DNA of 64,000 bases from Lachnospiraceae bacterium (lineage in GTDB: Bacteria > Bacillota > Clostridia > Lachnospirales > Lachnospiraceae): the NCBI GenBank assembly GCA_017480565.1, contig JAFVAL010000050.1:22429-86428 (forward strand), in the 5' to 3' direction. Within the stretch, counting starts at the first letter, position 1. The number at the start of each line of letters is the position of its first letter. The translations under genes were made by a program, and so were the position numbers. Positions 30,664 to 39,014 of the stretch are shown in pieces. The notes beneath the pieces are model-generated. The model had not been told where the DNA came from. It worked only from the letters and a program-made list of their open reading frames with translations, and searched no databases.

Positions 30664-32208
30664 ATGGTAATTAAGATTCTCATGTTGGTCGTGTTCTTCG
30701 CGATCATGGTGGGCATTGGTTTGTATTGCAGAAAACACTCAACGGATGTCAACGGATTTGTCCTGGGCGGCAGATCCGTCGGCCCGTGGCTGACCGCATT
30801 TGCGTATGGTACTTCGTATTTCTCAGCGGTTATTTTTGTCGGCTATGCCGGCCAGTTTGGCTGGAAATACGGCATTGCTGCAACCTGGGTCGGGATCGGA
30901 AATGCCTTGATCGGTTCGCTTCTTGCCTGGGTGATCTTAGGCAGACGTACGCGCATCATGACACAGCATCTGGATACCGCAACGATGCCGGAGTTTTTCG
31001 GAAAACGCTACGACTCCAAAGCACTGCAGATCTCTGCAGCTGTGATTACCTTCATTTTCTTGATTCCCTATACGGCTTCGCTCTATAACGGCCTGTCTCG
31101 TCTGTTTGAGATGGCCTTCCACGTGGATTACTCGATCTGCGTGATTGTGATGGCGATTTTGACGGGCATTTACGTTACGGCAGGCGGCTACATGGCGACC
31201 GCGATCAATGACTTTATTCAGGGTCTTGTGATGCTTGTCGGTATCGTGGCTGTGGTCGGCGCGGTGCTAAAGAGCCAGGGGGGCTTCCTTGCCGCACTGG
31301 ATGGCCTTGCAAAGATCTCAGATCCTACGGTCTCGGAGACGCCTGGTATCTTTAATTCGTTTTTCGGACCGGATCCGCTTAATCTCTTAGGCGTGGTCAT
31401 TTTAACCTCTCTTGGTACCTGGGGACTGCCGCAGATGGTGCAGAAGTTCTATGCGATCCGCAACGAGAAGGCAGTGCACACCGGAACCATCATCTCGACA
31501 TTTTTTGCGTTTGTCGTGGCCGGTGGATGTTATTTCCTCGGCGGATTCGGACGTCTGTTCTCCGACAAAGTTGATATCGCAGCCGGCGGCTACGACTCCG
31601 TGGTGCCTACGATGTTATCCGGTCTCCCGGACATTTTAATTGCAGTGGTGATCGTCCTTGTGCTTTCTGCGTCGATGTCAACGCTTTCATCTCTGGTATT
31701 GACCTCCAGTTCCACGCTGGTGCTTGACTTTATCAAAGGCAATTTTGTGAAAGAAATGAAAGAGAAGACGCAGGTTGCCCTGATGCGAGTCCTGATCGTT
31801 GTATTTATCGCGATCTCTGTCGTTATCGCGATCATCCAGTATAAGTCTAACGTGTCCTTTATTGCACAGCTCATGGGCGTGTCCTGGGGCGCACTGGCGG
31901 GTGCCTTCTTAGCACCGTTCTTGTATGGCCTTTACTGGAAGAAGACGACCAAAGCTGCGTGCTATGTCAGCTTCATTTTCTCAACCGTCTTTATGCTGGC
32001 AAATATGCTGGTAAGAAGCAGTTTCCCTGTGCTTTTACAGTCTCCGATCAATGCAGGTGCTTTTTGCATGATCTTTGGGCTGATCATGGTGCCGCTCATT
32101 TCGCTTTGCACCAAGAAGCCGGAAGAGGAATTGGTGGCGGAAGCCTTTGCCTGCTATGAAGAGAAGGTACTGGTTCCGCAGAGAGAAGCACTCAGCACGG
32201 AGGAATAA
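30664..32208 (+). CDS. Sodium:solute symporter family (SSF) transporter
   Basis: 514 aa with about 13 hydrophobic helices and SSF-like motifs (GGRSVGPWLTAFAYGTSYFSA). Confidence 0.75.
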   Translation: MVIKILMLVVFFAIMVGIGLYCRKHSTDVNGFVLGGRSVGPWLTAFAYGTSYFSAVIFVGYAGQFGWKYGIAATWVGIGNALIGSLLAWVILGRRTRIMTQHLDTATMPEFFGKRYDSKALQISAAVITFIFLIPYTASLYNGLSRLFEMAFHVDYSICVIVMAILTGIYVTAGGYMATAINDFIQGLVMLVGIVAVVGAVLKSQGGFLAALDGLAKISDPTVSETPGIFNSFFGPDPLNLLGVVILTSLGTWGLPQMVQKFYAIRNEKAVHTGTIISTFFAFVVAGGCYFLGGFGRLFSDKVDIAAGGYDSVVPTMLSGLPDILIAVVIVLVLSASMSTLSSLVLTSSSTLVLDFIKGNFVKEMKEKTQVALMRVLIVVFIAISVVIAIIQYKSNVSFIAQLMGVSWGALAGAFLAPFLYGLYWKKTTKAACYVSFIFSTVFMLANMLVRSSFPVLLQSPINAGAFCMIFGLIMVPLISLCTKKPEEELVAEAFACYEEKVLVPQREALSTEE

Positions 32209-32213
32209 GGGAA

Positions 32214-33089
32214 TTGATCATCGACATTCACACACATTCGTTCCCGGATAAGATTGCAAAACGGGCGGTTGCTTCTTTGCAGGAAAAAAGCGGGACGAAG
32301 ATTTTTACCGATGGGACCGTCGGTGGACTGATGGCCAGAGATGAGCGCGTCGGAATTGATCTTTCCGTAGTGCTTCCCGTGGCGACAGCTGCCAGACAGG
32401 TGGAACATATCAATGACAGTGCCTTGCGGGAAAATGAGCTTCATTTTACGAAAGGAGAGGAGCCAAAGGGGATTCTTTCTCTCGGATGCATGCATCCAGA
32501 GTATGAGACGCCTGAGAGGGAACTAAAAAGAATCAAAGAAGAAGGGTTGTTAGGCATCAAGTTACACCCGGTTTATCAGGGGGTGGATATCGACAGCCTG
32601 CCGTTTCTTAAGATTCTGGATCTGTGTGCAGAGCTTGATCTGATTGTGATCACGCATGCAGGCTGGGACATTGGCTTCCCTGGCGGTGCGCAGGCACTTC
32701 CTTCGAAGATTCGAACGGCGCTTCGCACGGTGGATCCGGAAGGAAAAACCCTGCGGTTTGTTGCCGCACATATGGGCGGTTGGAAGATCTGGGATGAGGT
32801 CGCAGAGAATCTCTTAGATACCGGTGCGTACCTGGACACAGCGATCTCATCGGGTCATCTTTATCCGATCGAGGAAGAGACCTTCCCAGCGGACGAAAAA
32901 CCGCTCATGGGGCCGGAAGCATTTCTTTCTCTGATTCGCACCTTTGGCGCGGACCGCATTTTATTTGGTTCGGACAATCCGTGGACGGACGCGGCGGAAA
33001 CACTGCGGTTTTTGAATCATTTGCCACTCACGGATGTGGAAAAGAAAAAGATTTTTGGGGAAAATGCAAAAGCATTGTTAAGACTGTAA
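32214..33089 (+). CDS. Amidohydrolase-2 (COG2159-type TIM-barrel metal-dependent hydrolase/decarboxylase) family protein
   Basis: TTG start, IIDIHTHSFP metal-binding HxH motif. 291 aa, starting 5 nt after the transporter. Confidence 0.65.
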   Translation: MIIDIHTHSFPDKIAKRAVASLQEKSGTKIFTDGTVGGLMARDERVGIDLSVVLPVATAARQVEHINDSALRENELHFTKGEEPKGILSLGCMHPEYETPERELKRIKEEGLLGIKLHPVYQGVDIDSLPFLKILDLCAELDLIVITHAGWDIGFPGGAQALPSKIRTALRTVDPEGKTLRFVAAHMGGWKIWDEVAENLLDTGAYLDTAISSGHLYPIEEETFPADEKPLMGPEAFLSLIRTFGADRILFGSDNPWTDAAETLRFLNHLPLTDVEKKKIFGENAKALLRL

Positions 33090-33092
33090 AGC

Positions 33093-33119
33093 AAAAAGGC
33101 GGAGGGAATCCGCCTTTTG
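33093..33119. terminator. Bidirectional rho-independent terminator
   Basis: A5-ggcgga-gggaa-tccgcc-T4. Confidence 0.6.
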
Positions 33120-33129
33120 TGTTATACGA

Positions 33130-34407
33130 TTATGCAGCCGGTTTCTGACCAATTCTGACACCGGACAGCTGCATTTGCTTAACCGACATTGTGTGATGGA
33201 TTGGCTTCCATTCGGGCTTGACAAACAAGGATACGATCGCGATCGGAAGATAGGTAAACATGAAGATCGGGAAGGTGAACATGTAGAAGATCTTCTTTAC
33301 TGCAGTCGTCTGAATGTGCTTCCACTCTGTGGCGGTTGTGATCGCGCCGAGAACGAAAAGCATCAGATACATGTTGCGAAGTGTTTCGCCGATTGACTGC
33401 ACTGCGATCATGACATCGTCGCCAATCATCGCGCCCCAGATGCCCAGTGCCACGTTACAGAGGACGGAGAGTGCGGAGAGGATAAAGGCTGGCATGATCG
33501 TCATGGACATATCATAGCAAGAGAAACTGCCGTGGAATATGCCGGAGATCAGCTGTTTTCCGTACTTGCCAAACACTTGTAAGTAGCCCCTTGACCAGCG
33601 CATTCTCTGACGCCAGGACTGCTTAAAGGTGATCGGCTGCTCGTCGTAGAGTTCTGCCTTCTCGCAGAAGGCGATCTTGCGACCCTTTGTGATCTGATCG
33701 ATCGAGAATTCAATGTCTTCGGTGAGCAAATGAAACGGCCAGTCACCGATTTCTTCGGCCACGGCTCTGCTGAATAAGAAGCCGGTTCCGGAGACTGCGC
33801 AGCTTGTCTTTAGCGTATATCTTGCCTGATTTAAATATCTGGATTCTCTTAAGAACCAGAGTGCATAACCCGCGCTGATCCAGTTGCTTCCGTAGTTTTT
33901 GCTGTTGCGGTAGCTGGTGATGATGTCATTTCCCTCGCTGAAGGTGCGATTCATCTCTTCCATATACGTTTCTTTTAAAATGTTGTCGGCGTCGAAGACC
34001 ATATAGCCGTCAAATCCTTCCGGATAGTCGTACTTGATCTGCTTTAACATTTCATGCAGTGCATAGCCTTTGCCGACCAAAACCTGATTGTGACGTTCGT
34101 AGATCATTGCCCCGTGCATGCGGGCAATCTCTACGGTGTTGTCGGTGCAGTTGTCTGCCATCACGAAGACGTGCAGATATTCCTGCGGATAGGTCTGATT
34201 GTGGATGCTCTGAATCAGATCGCCGATGACTGCGGATTCATTTCTCGCACAGATCAGAATGGCAAATCGATGATACTCCTCAAGTTTCTTAATGCTTTGT
34301 TTCTTCTTCCGGAATAACATCGGTACCGGAATGTAGAGAAACTGATAAGCGTAACAGACCGTGAACAGGATCGCGATGATCCAGTTGATAAACCTTAATG
34401 TTTGCAT
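33130..34407 (-). CDS. Membrane-embedded processive family-2 glycosyltransferase (polysaccharide synthase type)
   Basis: Has D (ADNCTD), DxD (FDADN), TED (LTEDIEF) and QxxRW (QRMRWSRG) motifs. One N-terminal and about 4 C-terminal TM helices. Confidence 0.8.
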   Translation of the reverse strand: MQTLRFINWIIAILFTVCYAYQFLYIPVPMLFRKKKQSIKKLEEYHRFAILICARNESAVIGDLIQSIHNQTYPQEYLHVFVMADNCTDNTVEIARMHGAMIYERHNQVLVGKGYALHEMLKQIKYDYPEGFDGYMVFDADNILKETYMEEMNRTFSEGNDIITSYRNSKNYGSNWISAGYALWFLRESRYLNQARYTLKTSCAVSGTGFLFSRAVAEEIGDWPFHLLTEDIEFSIDQITKGRKIAFCEKAELYDEQPITFKQSWRQRMRWSRGYLQVFGKYGKQLISGIFHGSFSCYDMSMTIMPAFILSALSVLCNVALGIWGAMIGDDVMIAVQSIGETLRNMYLMLFVLGAITTATEWKHIQTTAVKKIFYMFTFPIFMFTYLPIAIVSLFVKPEWKPIHHTMSVKQMQLSGVRIGQKPAA

Positions 34408-34421
34408 GTGTACTCCCTTCC

Positions 34422-34449
34422 GAAAATGAATCGTCCTTGATTCATTTTC
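34422..34449 (-). promoter_or_regulatory. 5'-UTR hairpin of the GT2 mRNA
   Basis: Perfect 11-bp inverted repeat gaaaatgaatc / gattcattttc with a 6-nt loop. It starts at about the predicted +1 and ends 8 nt before GGAAGGGAG. Confidence 0.45.
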
Positions 34450-34456
34450 TACTAAG

Positions 34457-34462
34457 AGTATA
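34457..34462 (-). promoter_or_regulatory. Predicted -10 (TATACT) of the GT2 promoter
   Basis: Minus strand reads CGTATACT. There is no good -35 (TTTTTC), consistent with activator dependence. Confidence 0.4.
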
Positions 34463-34472
34463 CGTAATCAGT

Positions 34473-34482
34473 GGATTAAGAA
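34473..34482 (-). promoter_or_regulatory. Extra half-site GGATTAAGAA overlapping the -35 position of the GT2 promoter
   Basis: Exact 10-nt copy of the first half of the box at 34496. Confidence 0.35.
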
Positions 34483-34495
34483 AAAAGAGGGCAGG

Positions 34496-34515
34496 GGATT
34501 AAGAATTGATTAATA
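34496..34515 (-). promoter_or_regulatory. 20-bp direct-repeat box (candidate OmpR-family response regulator site), GT2 promoter
   Basis: ggattaagaattgattaata. The coding strand reads TTAATC-N5-TTAATC with 11-bp periodicity. It starts 39 nt from the first base of the -10, the same offset as in the RR promoter. Confidence 0.45.
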
Positions 34516-34531
34516 TACTTGGCTCAAAGGC

Positions 34532-34559
34532 AAAAAAAGGCGGACTAGATCAGTCCGCC
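34532..34559 (-). terminator. Rho-independent terminator after the histidine kinase gene
   Basis: Minus strand: ggcggact / agtccgcc stem followed by T7. Confidence 0.65.
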
Positions 34560-34567
34560 AAATCTTT

Positions 34568-36496
34568 TTAGGCAATGATTGGAAATGTGAGGATCGCTTT
34601 GAATAAATCGCCGTCGATCTGAAGGTTCAGAGTTCCGTTTTGTAACTCCGCCAGGCTCTTGGCAATGGAGAGTCCCAGACCGTTTCCTTCGGTGTTTCGC
34701 GAGGCGTCACCGCGGACAAAGCGTTCCATCAGTTCTTCCTCGGAGATATCAAGCGCATCTCTGGAGGTGTTTTTAAAACTGATCACGGCATTGTTATCAA
34801 TGACTTCCAGGGTGAGATAGACACGGGTGCCTTCCTGCGCGTACTTGCAGATGTTGTTCATCAGATTATCGAAGATGCGCCACATTCTGCGGCTGTCTGC
34901 GAGGATGTGGACTTCTTGTTCCGGCTGCTTTGTGATGAGGGAAAGGTGTGCACTTGCAAGCTTTTCTTCGTATTCACCGGCAGCCTGTGTCAGGAAGATC
35001 GAAGGATCACAAGGTGCTAAGAGAACATCCAGATTACCTGTGGAGGCCTTAGAAGCCTCTACCAGGTCTTCAATCAGTCTCTTTAATCGTTCAGACTGTC
35101 TGACCAAAACCTCGCTGTATTCGGTGATTCTTTCGTTCTCTGTAGGTTCGTTGCTGATCAGCGAGGCATAGTTGATGATGGACGTGAGCGGTGTCTTAAT
35201 GTCGTGGGAGACATTGGTGATGAGCTCAGTCTTCATGCGTTCACTCTTTAGGCGTTCTTCGACTGCATTTGTCAGGCCAAACGAAGCATCGTTTAGATTG
35301 ATCGCATGTTGCTTGAAATCACCAATCATGCCTTTTAACGGAATCTGGTAGCTTAAGTCACCCGTGGCAAGGGCTTCTCCGCCTTTTTGCAGCTTTCTGA
35401 GCAAAAGAGCCAGATAGAAGATGGCAGGAACCAAGATCAAACGGCTAACAAACCAAATGCCAAGGAGGTTATCGATTTCGTATTGCGTGAACATAATCAC
35501 GATGAATTCGAACAGGCAGATCACGCCGGTGATCAACGCGGTCTTCCAGATCAAAGGGATACCGGCGATGAGCTTCCATAAGCGCAGAAAGATCCTTTTG
35601 ATGCCGCGTAAGAACCAGAGAAAGATACGCCAGCAAAGTTTGATTACCTTCCAGATAATCGTGTTTTTAAACAGAGAACGATCCTTGGTTCTGACCGCGA
35701 GGCTCATCAAGAAGCCCAGAGCCAGATTGGCGTAAATGAGTCCGCATCCGGCGACGAAAACAACGAGGAAGAACGTCCCATGGTAATCGAAGGCGTCGCC
35801 GAAGTAAAAGATGCCAACCAGCAGAAGAAGCATGGCTGCTGCCATCAGATCCGTCGGAATCGGATGCAGCGGCCCAGGAACCAGATCATCTCTGCCAGGT
35901 CTGCGGCCGGAGACCGTCATCAGAGCGATCAGAGCGCTCACGCCAAGCAGGAGAGCAAAAGCAGCGATCACACAGACTGCGTAGCGCAGTGCGTATCCCA
36001 CGTGGATCCATTTGCTCGCAAAGGCAAAACGGTCTTGATACGGCAGTCCTTCGCGAAGCGTCGTGTTGATCGTATAGTAAGTAACGTTTTCATCCTCGAG
36101 AGCGGTTCTATGATAAAAAATGTCGGAGATCTGACCGTTCGACATACGCATGATGCCAAAGGAGAGGGAATGAGTGAATGTCTCGCCCCCGTCGGCGTTG
36201 GTGTCAAGAAGTGCTCCGTTTTCGTCGCGCAGTTCATAGATCAGATTGGAGGTCTGCAGTCTGGCATGCAGATCGTCTGTCGTGTCAGATTCATTTGCCC
36301 AGATGATATCATCCCCATAGGAGGTCATCATCTGTTCGATCAGATCGTCTGAGACCATTTCCTCAGATCTCGTGTAAAAATCGCCTTCTACGAGGCCGTA
36401 AATGCCGATGGCTGATGCCAATATAATAATGCCGCAGCAAATGACTGTGATAAAAAGCAGTGATTTGCCTGCGATGGTGCGAAAGAAATCTTTCAT
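34568..36496 (-). CDS. Sensor histidine kinase with an extracytoplasmic N-terminal domain and a multi-TM core
   Basis: H-box NVSHDIKTPLTSI, N-box DNLMNNICKY, and G-boxes in the C-terminal HATPase. There are ~140 aa between TM1 and TM2, followed by several more TM helices. Confidence 0.85.
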   Translation of the reverse strand: MKDFFRTIAGKSLLFITVICCGIIILASAIGIYGLVEGDFYTRSEEMVSDDLIEQMMTSYGDDIIWANESDTTDDLHARLQTSNLIYELRDENGALLDTNADGGETFTHSLSFGIMRMSNGQISDIFYHRTALEDENVTYYTINTTLREGLPYQDRFAFASKWIHVGYALRYAVCVIAAFALLLGVSALIALMTVSGRRPGRDDLVPGPLHPIPTDLMAAAMLLLLVGIFYFGDAFDYHGTFFLVVFVAGCGLIYANLALGFLMSLAVRTKDRSLFKNTIIWKVIKLCWRIFLWFLRGIKRIFLRLWKLIAGIPLIWKTALITGVICLFEFIVIMFTQYEIDNLLGIWFVSRLILVPAIFYLALLLRKLQKGGEALATGDLSYQIPLKGMIGDFKQHAINLNDASFGLTNAVEERLKSERMKTELITNVSHDIKTPLTSIINYASLISNEPTENERITEYSEVLVRQSERLKRLIEDLVEASKASTGNLDVLLAPCDPSIFLTQAAGEYEEKLASAHLSLITKQPEQEVHILADSRRMWRIFDNLMNNICKYAQEGTRVYLTLEVIDNNAVISFKNTSRDALDISEEELMERFVRGDASRNTEGNGLGLSIAKSLAELQNGTLNLQIDGDLFKAILTFPIIA

Positions 36497-37191
36497 ACGT
36501 CCCGTCCCTTCTCCATTTTATAGCCCTGGCCGAAGATCACCTTGATATATCGGGGATCGGCCGGGTTGATCTCGATTTTCTCCCGGAGATGTCTGATATG
36601 CACGGCGACGGTGTTCTCAGAACCGAACGGCTTTTCTTTCCAGACGATCTGATAAATGTCTTTGGGTGCATAGACTTTCTCGGGGTTGGACATCAGAAGT
36701 TTTAAGATGTCGTATTCCTTGGGCGTTAAACTGACTGGCGCGCCGTCAACCGTGACTTCCTTGGAGAGATCATTCAGTTCGATCCCGCCGTTACGTAAGA
36801 CTTCCGGCTGCGTGGTCCCGCCGCCAAACTTCAGATATCTGCGCAGCTGTGAGCGGACGCGGGCTGTGACTTCTAACGGATTGAATGGCTTGGTAATGTA
36901 GTCATCTGCACCGATGTTTAACCCAAGGATCTTATCCGTATCCTCGCTTTTGGCGGTGAGTAAAATGATTGGAACCGTGCTGGTTTCACGAATCTTCGCC
37001 ATCGCCTTGATACCGTCCATGACCGGCATCATGATATCAAGTAAGATAAGATCGATGGATTCCCGCTCCATAACCTGAAGCGCTTCTTTCCCGTTATAAG
37101 CTTCATAGAGGCGATATTCCGGGTCAGACAGATAGATTTTCAGTGCATTTACGATATCACGTTCGTCATCGCAGATTAAAATGTTTGGCAT
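36493..37191 (-). CDS. OmpR/PhoB-family response regulator
   Basis: Receiver domain (ILICDDE, LLDIMMP, LTAK) plus a winged-helix Trans_reg_C domain (LTPKEYDILKLL...YIKVIFGQGY). 4-nt overlap with the kinase gene. Confidence 0.9.
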   Translation of the reverse strand: MPNILICDDERDIVNALKIYLSDPEYRLYEAYNGKEALQVMERESIDLILLDIMMPVMDGIKAMAKIRETSTVPIILLTAKSEDTDKILGLNIGADDYITKPFNPLEVTARVRSQLRRYLKFGGGTTQPEVLRNGGIELNDLSKEVTVDGAPVSLTPKEYDILKLLMSNPEKVYAPKDIYQIVWKEKPFGSENTVAVHIRHLREKIEINPADPRYIKVIFGQGYKMEKGRDV

Positions 37192-37217
37192 AGTCAGTTC
37201 CTCCCTTGTTCTCTCTT

Positions 37218-37223
37218 AGTATA
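37218..37223 (-). promoter_or_regulatory. Predicted -10 (TATACT) of the response-regulator operon promoter
   Basis: Minus strand reads CGTATACT, the same octamer as in the GT2 promoter. The -35 is poor. Confidence 0.4.
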
Positions 37224-37256
37224 CGGGACGTCTCGTTTAAATAGATAGACGAAAAC

Positions 37257-37276
37257 GGATTAAGATTTGTTTAAGA
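37257..37276 (-). promoter_or_regulatory. 20-bp direct-repeat box, response-regulator operon promoter (candidate autoregulatory site)
   Basis: ggattaagatttgtttaaga, 17/20 identical to the GT2 box. It starts 39 nt from the first base of the -10. Confidence 0.45.
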
Positions 37277-37279
37277 TGC

Positions 37280-37305
37280 AAAAAGCCGCACCCGAAAGTG
37301 CGGCT
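37280..37305 (-). terminator. Rho-independent terminator after the DAHP synthase gene
   Basis: Minus strand: agccgcac / gtgcggct stem followed by T5. Confidence 0.6.
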
Positions 37306-37313
37306 GGAGTTCC

Positions 37314-38342
37314 TCAGATATATTCAGCAATATAATATAGCAGATGCTCAGAATCCTCCCAGCTTAAGCAAGGATCGGTGATGGACTTGCCATAGACATG
37401 CTCGCCGATCTTTTGTGCGCCGGCTTCGATATAGCTCTCCACCATCACGCCCTTGACCAGATTTTCAATGTCTTTCGAGACGCGGCGGGAGTGAAGTACT
37501 TCCTGAACGATACGCGGCTGTTCCTGGTGCTGCTTGTTGGAGTTGGAATGGTTCGCGTCCACGATGCAGGCAGGATTCTTTAAATCGCGCTGCTCGTACA
37601 TATCGTTTAAGCGGGCGAGGTCTTCGTAGTGATAGTTGGGAATACTCTGCCCATGCTTGTTGACCGCACCGCGCAGAATCGTATGCACCAGAGGGTTGCC
37701 ATCGGTCTTCATCTCGTAACCGCGGTATAAAAATGTGTGTCCATGCTGCGCCGCGTGGCAGGAGTTTAACATCACTGAGAGATCTCCGCTGGTCGGATTC
37801 TTCATGCCGACCGGGATATCGATGCCGCTGGGCACGAGACGGTGCTGCTGATTCTCGACAGATCTGGCACCGACCGCAACGTAGGAGAGGATGTCTTCCA
37901 TGTAGGACCAGTTCTCTGGATAGAGCATCTCGTCCGCCGCAAACATACCGCTTTCCTCAATGGCACGCAGATGCATATGGCGCATCGCGATGATGCCCTC
38001 AGCGAGGTCTGGCTTCTTCTCTGGATCCGGCTGGTGCAGGATACCCTTATAACCGTCGCCCGTCGTCCGCGGCTTATTGGTGTAAATGCGCGGGATGAGC
38101 AGAAGCTTGTCCTTCACCTTCTCCTGGACTTTCGCGAGGCGGCTGATATAATCGCAGACCGCATCTTCATTGTCCGCAGAACAAGGACCGATGATGACTA
38201 AGAACTTATCGGACTCGCCGGTAAATACCTTCGCAATCTCCTCGTCGCGCTGTTTTTTTAGTTCTTTGTAGGATTCCTTGAGAGGATATTGCTCCTGTAA
38301 TTCCTGAGGAGTAATGACCTTCTGGATAAATGTTGCCCCCAT
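37314..38342 (-). CDS. 3-deoxy-7-phosphoheptulonate (DAHP) synthase, class I
   Basis: GPCSADNEDA, KPRTT and IVDANHSNS motifs of AroF/G/H-type enzymes. Start at the ATG downstream of a TTGACG, 17 nt, TAGAAT promoter. Confidence 0.85.
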   Translation of the reverse strand: MGATFIQKVITPQELQEQYPLKESYKELKKQRDEEIAKVFTGESDKFLVIIGPCSADNEDAVCDYISRLAKVQEKVKDKLLLIPRIYTNKPRTTGDGYKGILHQPDPEKKPDLAEGIIAMRHMHLRAIEESGMFAADEMLYPENWSYMEDILSYVAVGARSVENQQHRLVPSGIDIPVGMKNPTSGDLSVMLNSCHAAQHGHTFLYRGYEMKTDGNPLVHTILRGAVNKHGQSIPNYHYEDLARLNDMYEQRDLKNPACIVDANHSNSNKQHQEQPRIVQEVLHSRRVSKDIENLVKGVMVESYIEAGAQKIGEHVYGKSITDPCLSWEDSEHLLYYIAEYI

Positions 38343-38521
38343 TTTGCTACCTCTTTTCTCTATACAGTCGTCTATTCTAACCCTCCGTGTGGAAATCGTC
38401 AAGAATGAAAGAGGTTTTTTGTGTGGCTCTTGACTTTTGGCTATGAAATGCTAAACTGATAAGGACAGACATTGATGTGATTTGCAGGGTTCCTGCTTAC
38501 ATTTAAAGGAAGTAACAAGCC

Positions 38522-38944
38522 ATGATTAAACAGATATCCGTATTTCTTGAGAACAGGAGCAGCCGACTGGTCGCCCTGACAGATGTATTAACTGCCAACG
38601 GTGTTCATATTGTCTCCGTATCGTTGTCGGATTCCACAGAGTATGCCCTGCTGCGTATGATTGTTTCCCACCCGGATAAGGCAGCGCAGATTCTGAAGGA
38701 TAACGGTTTTTCGGTTTCCGTGAATAATGTTCTGGTTGTCGGTATGCCGAAGGGGCAGGGATCCCTCAACGAGATGATGCAGGTGATCTCAGATTGCGAC
38801 ATTGAATATATCTACACATTATCTGCGAAACACGAGAACGTGTATATGGTGGTGAAGGTCGCAGATGTTTACAGTGCGATCGCGATGCTGGAGCGTGCGA
38901 ACTACATCGTTGCGACCGATGAGGTTGTATTCTCGATGAACTAA
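38522..38944 (+). CDS. Stand-alone tandem ACT-domain protein (paralog of 30165-30596)
   Basis: MIKQISVFLENRSSRL aligns with MSVKQISVFLENKPGTL of the paaK-linked protein. Similar length (140 vs 143 aa). Confidence 0.7.
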   Translation: MIKQISVFLENRSSRLVALTDVLTANGVHIVSVSLSDSTEYALLRMIVSHPDKAAQILKDNGFSVSVNNVLVVGMPKGQGSLNEMMQVISDCDIEYIYTLSAKHENVYMVVKVADVYSAIAMLERANYIVATDEVVFSMN

Positions 38945-39014
38945 GAACCGATGCATGGACCGTTTCGCTCTGGCGAAACGGTTTTTTCTTTTCTGTGGGG
39001 GAGAGTATAGGAGT

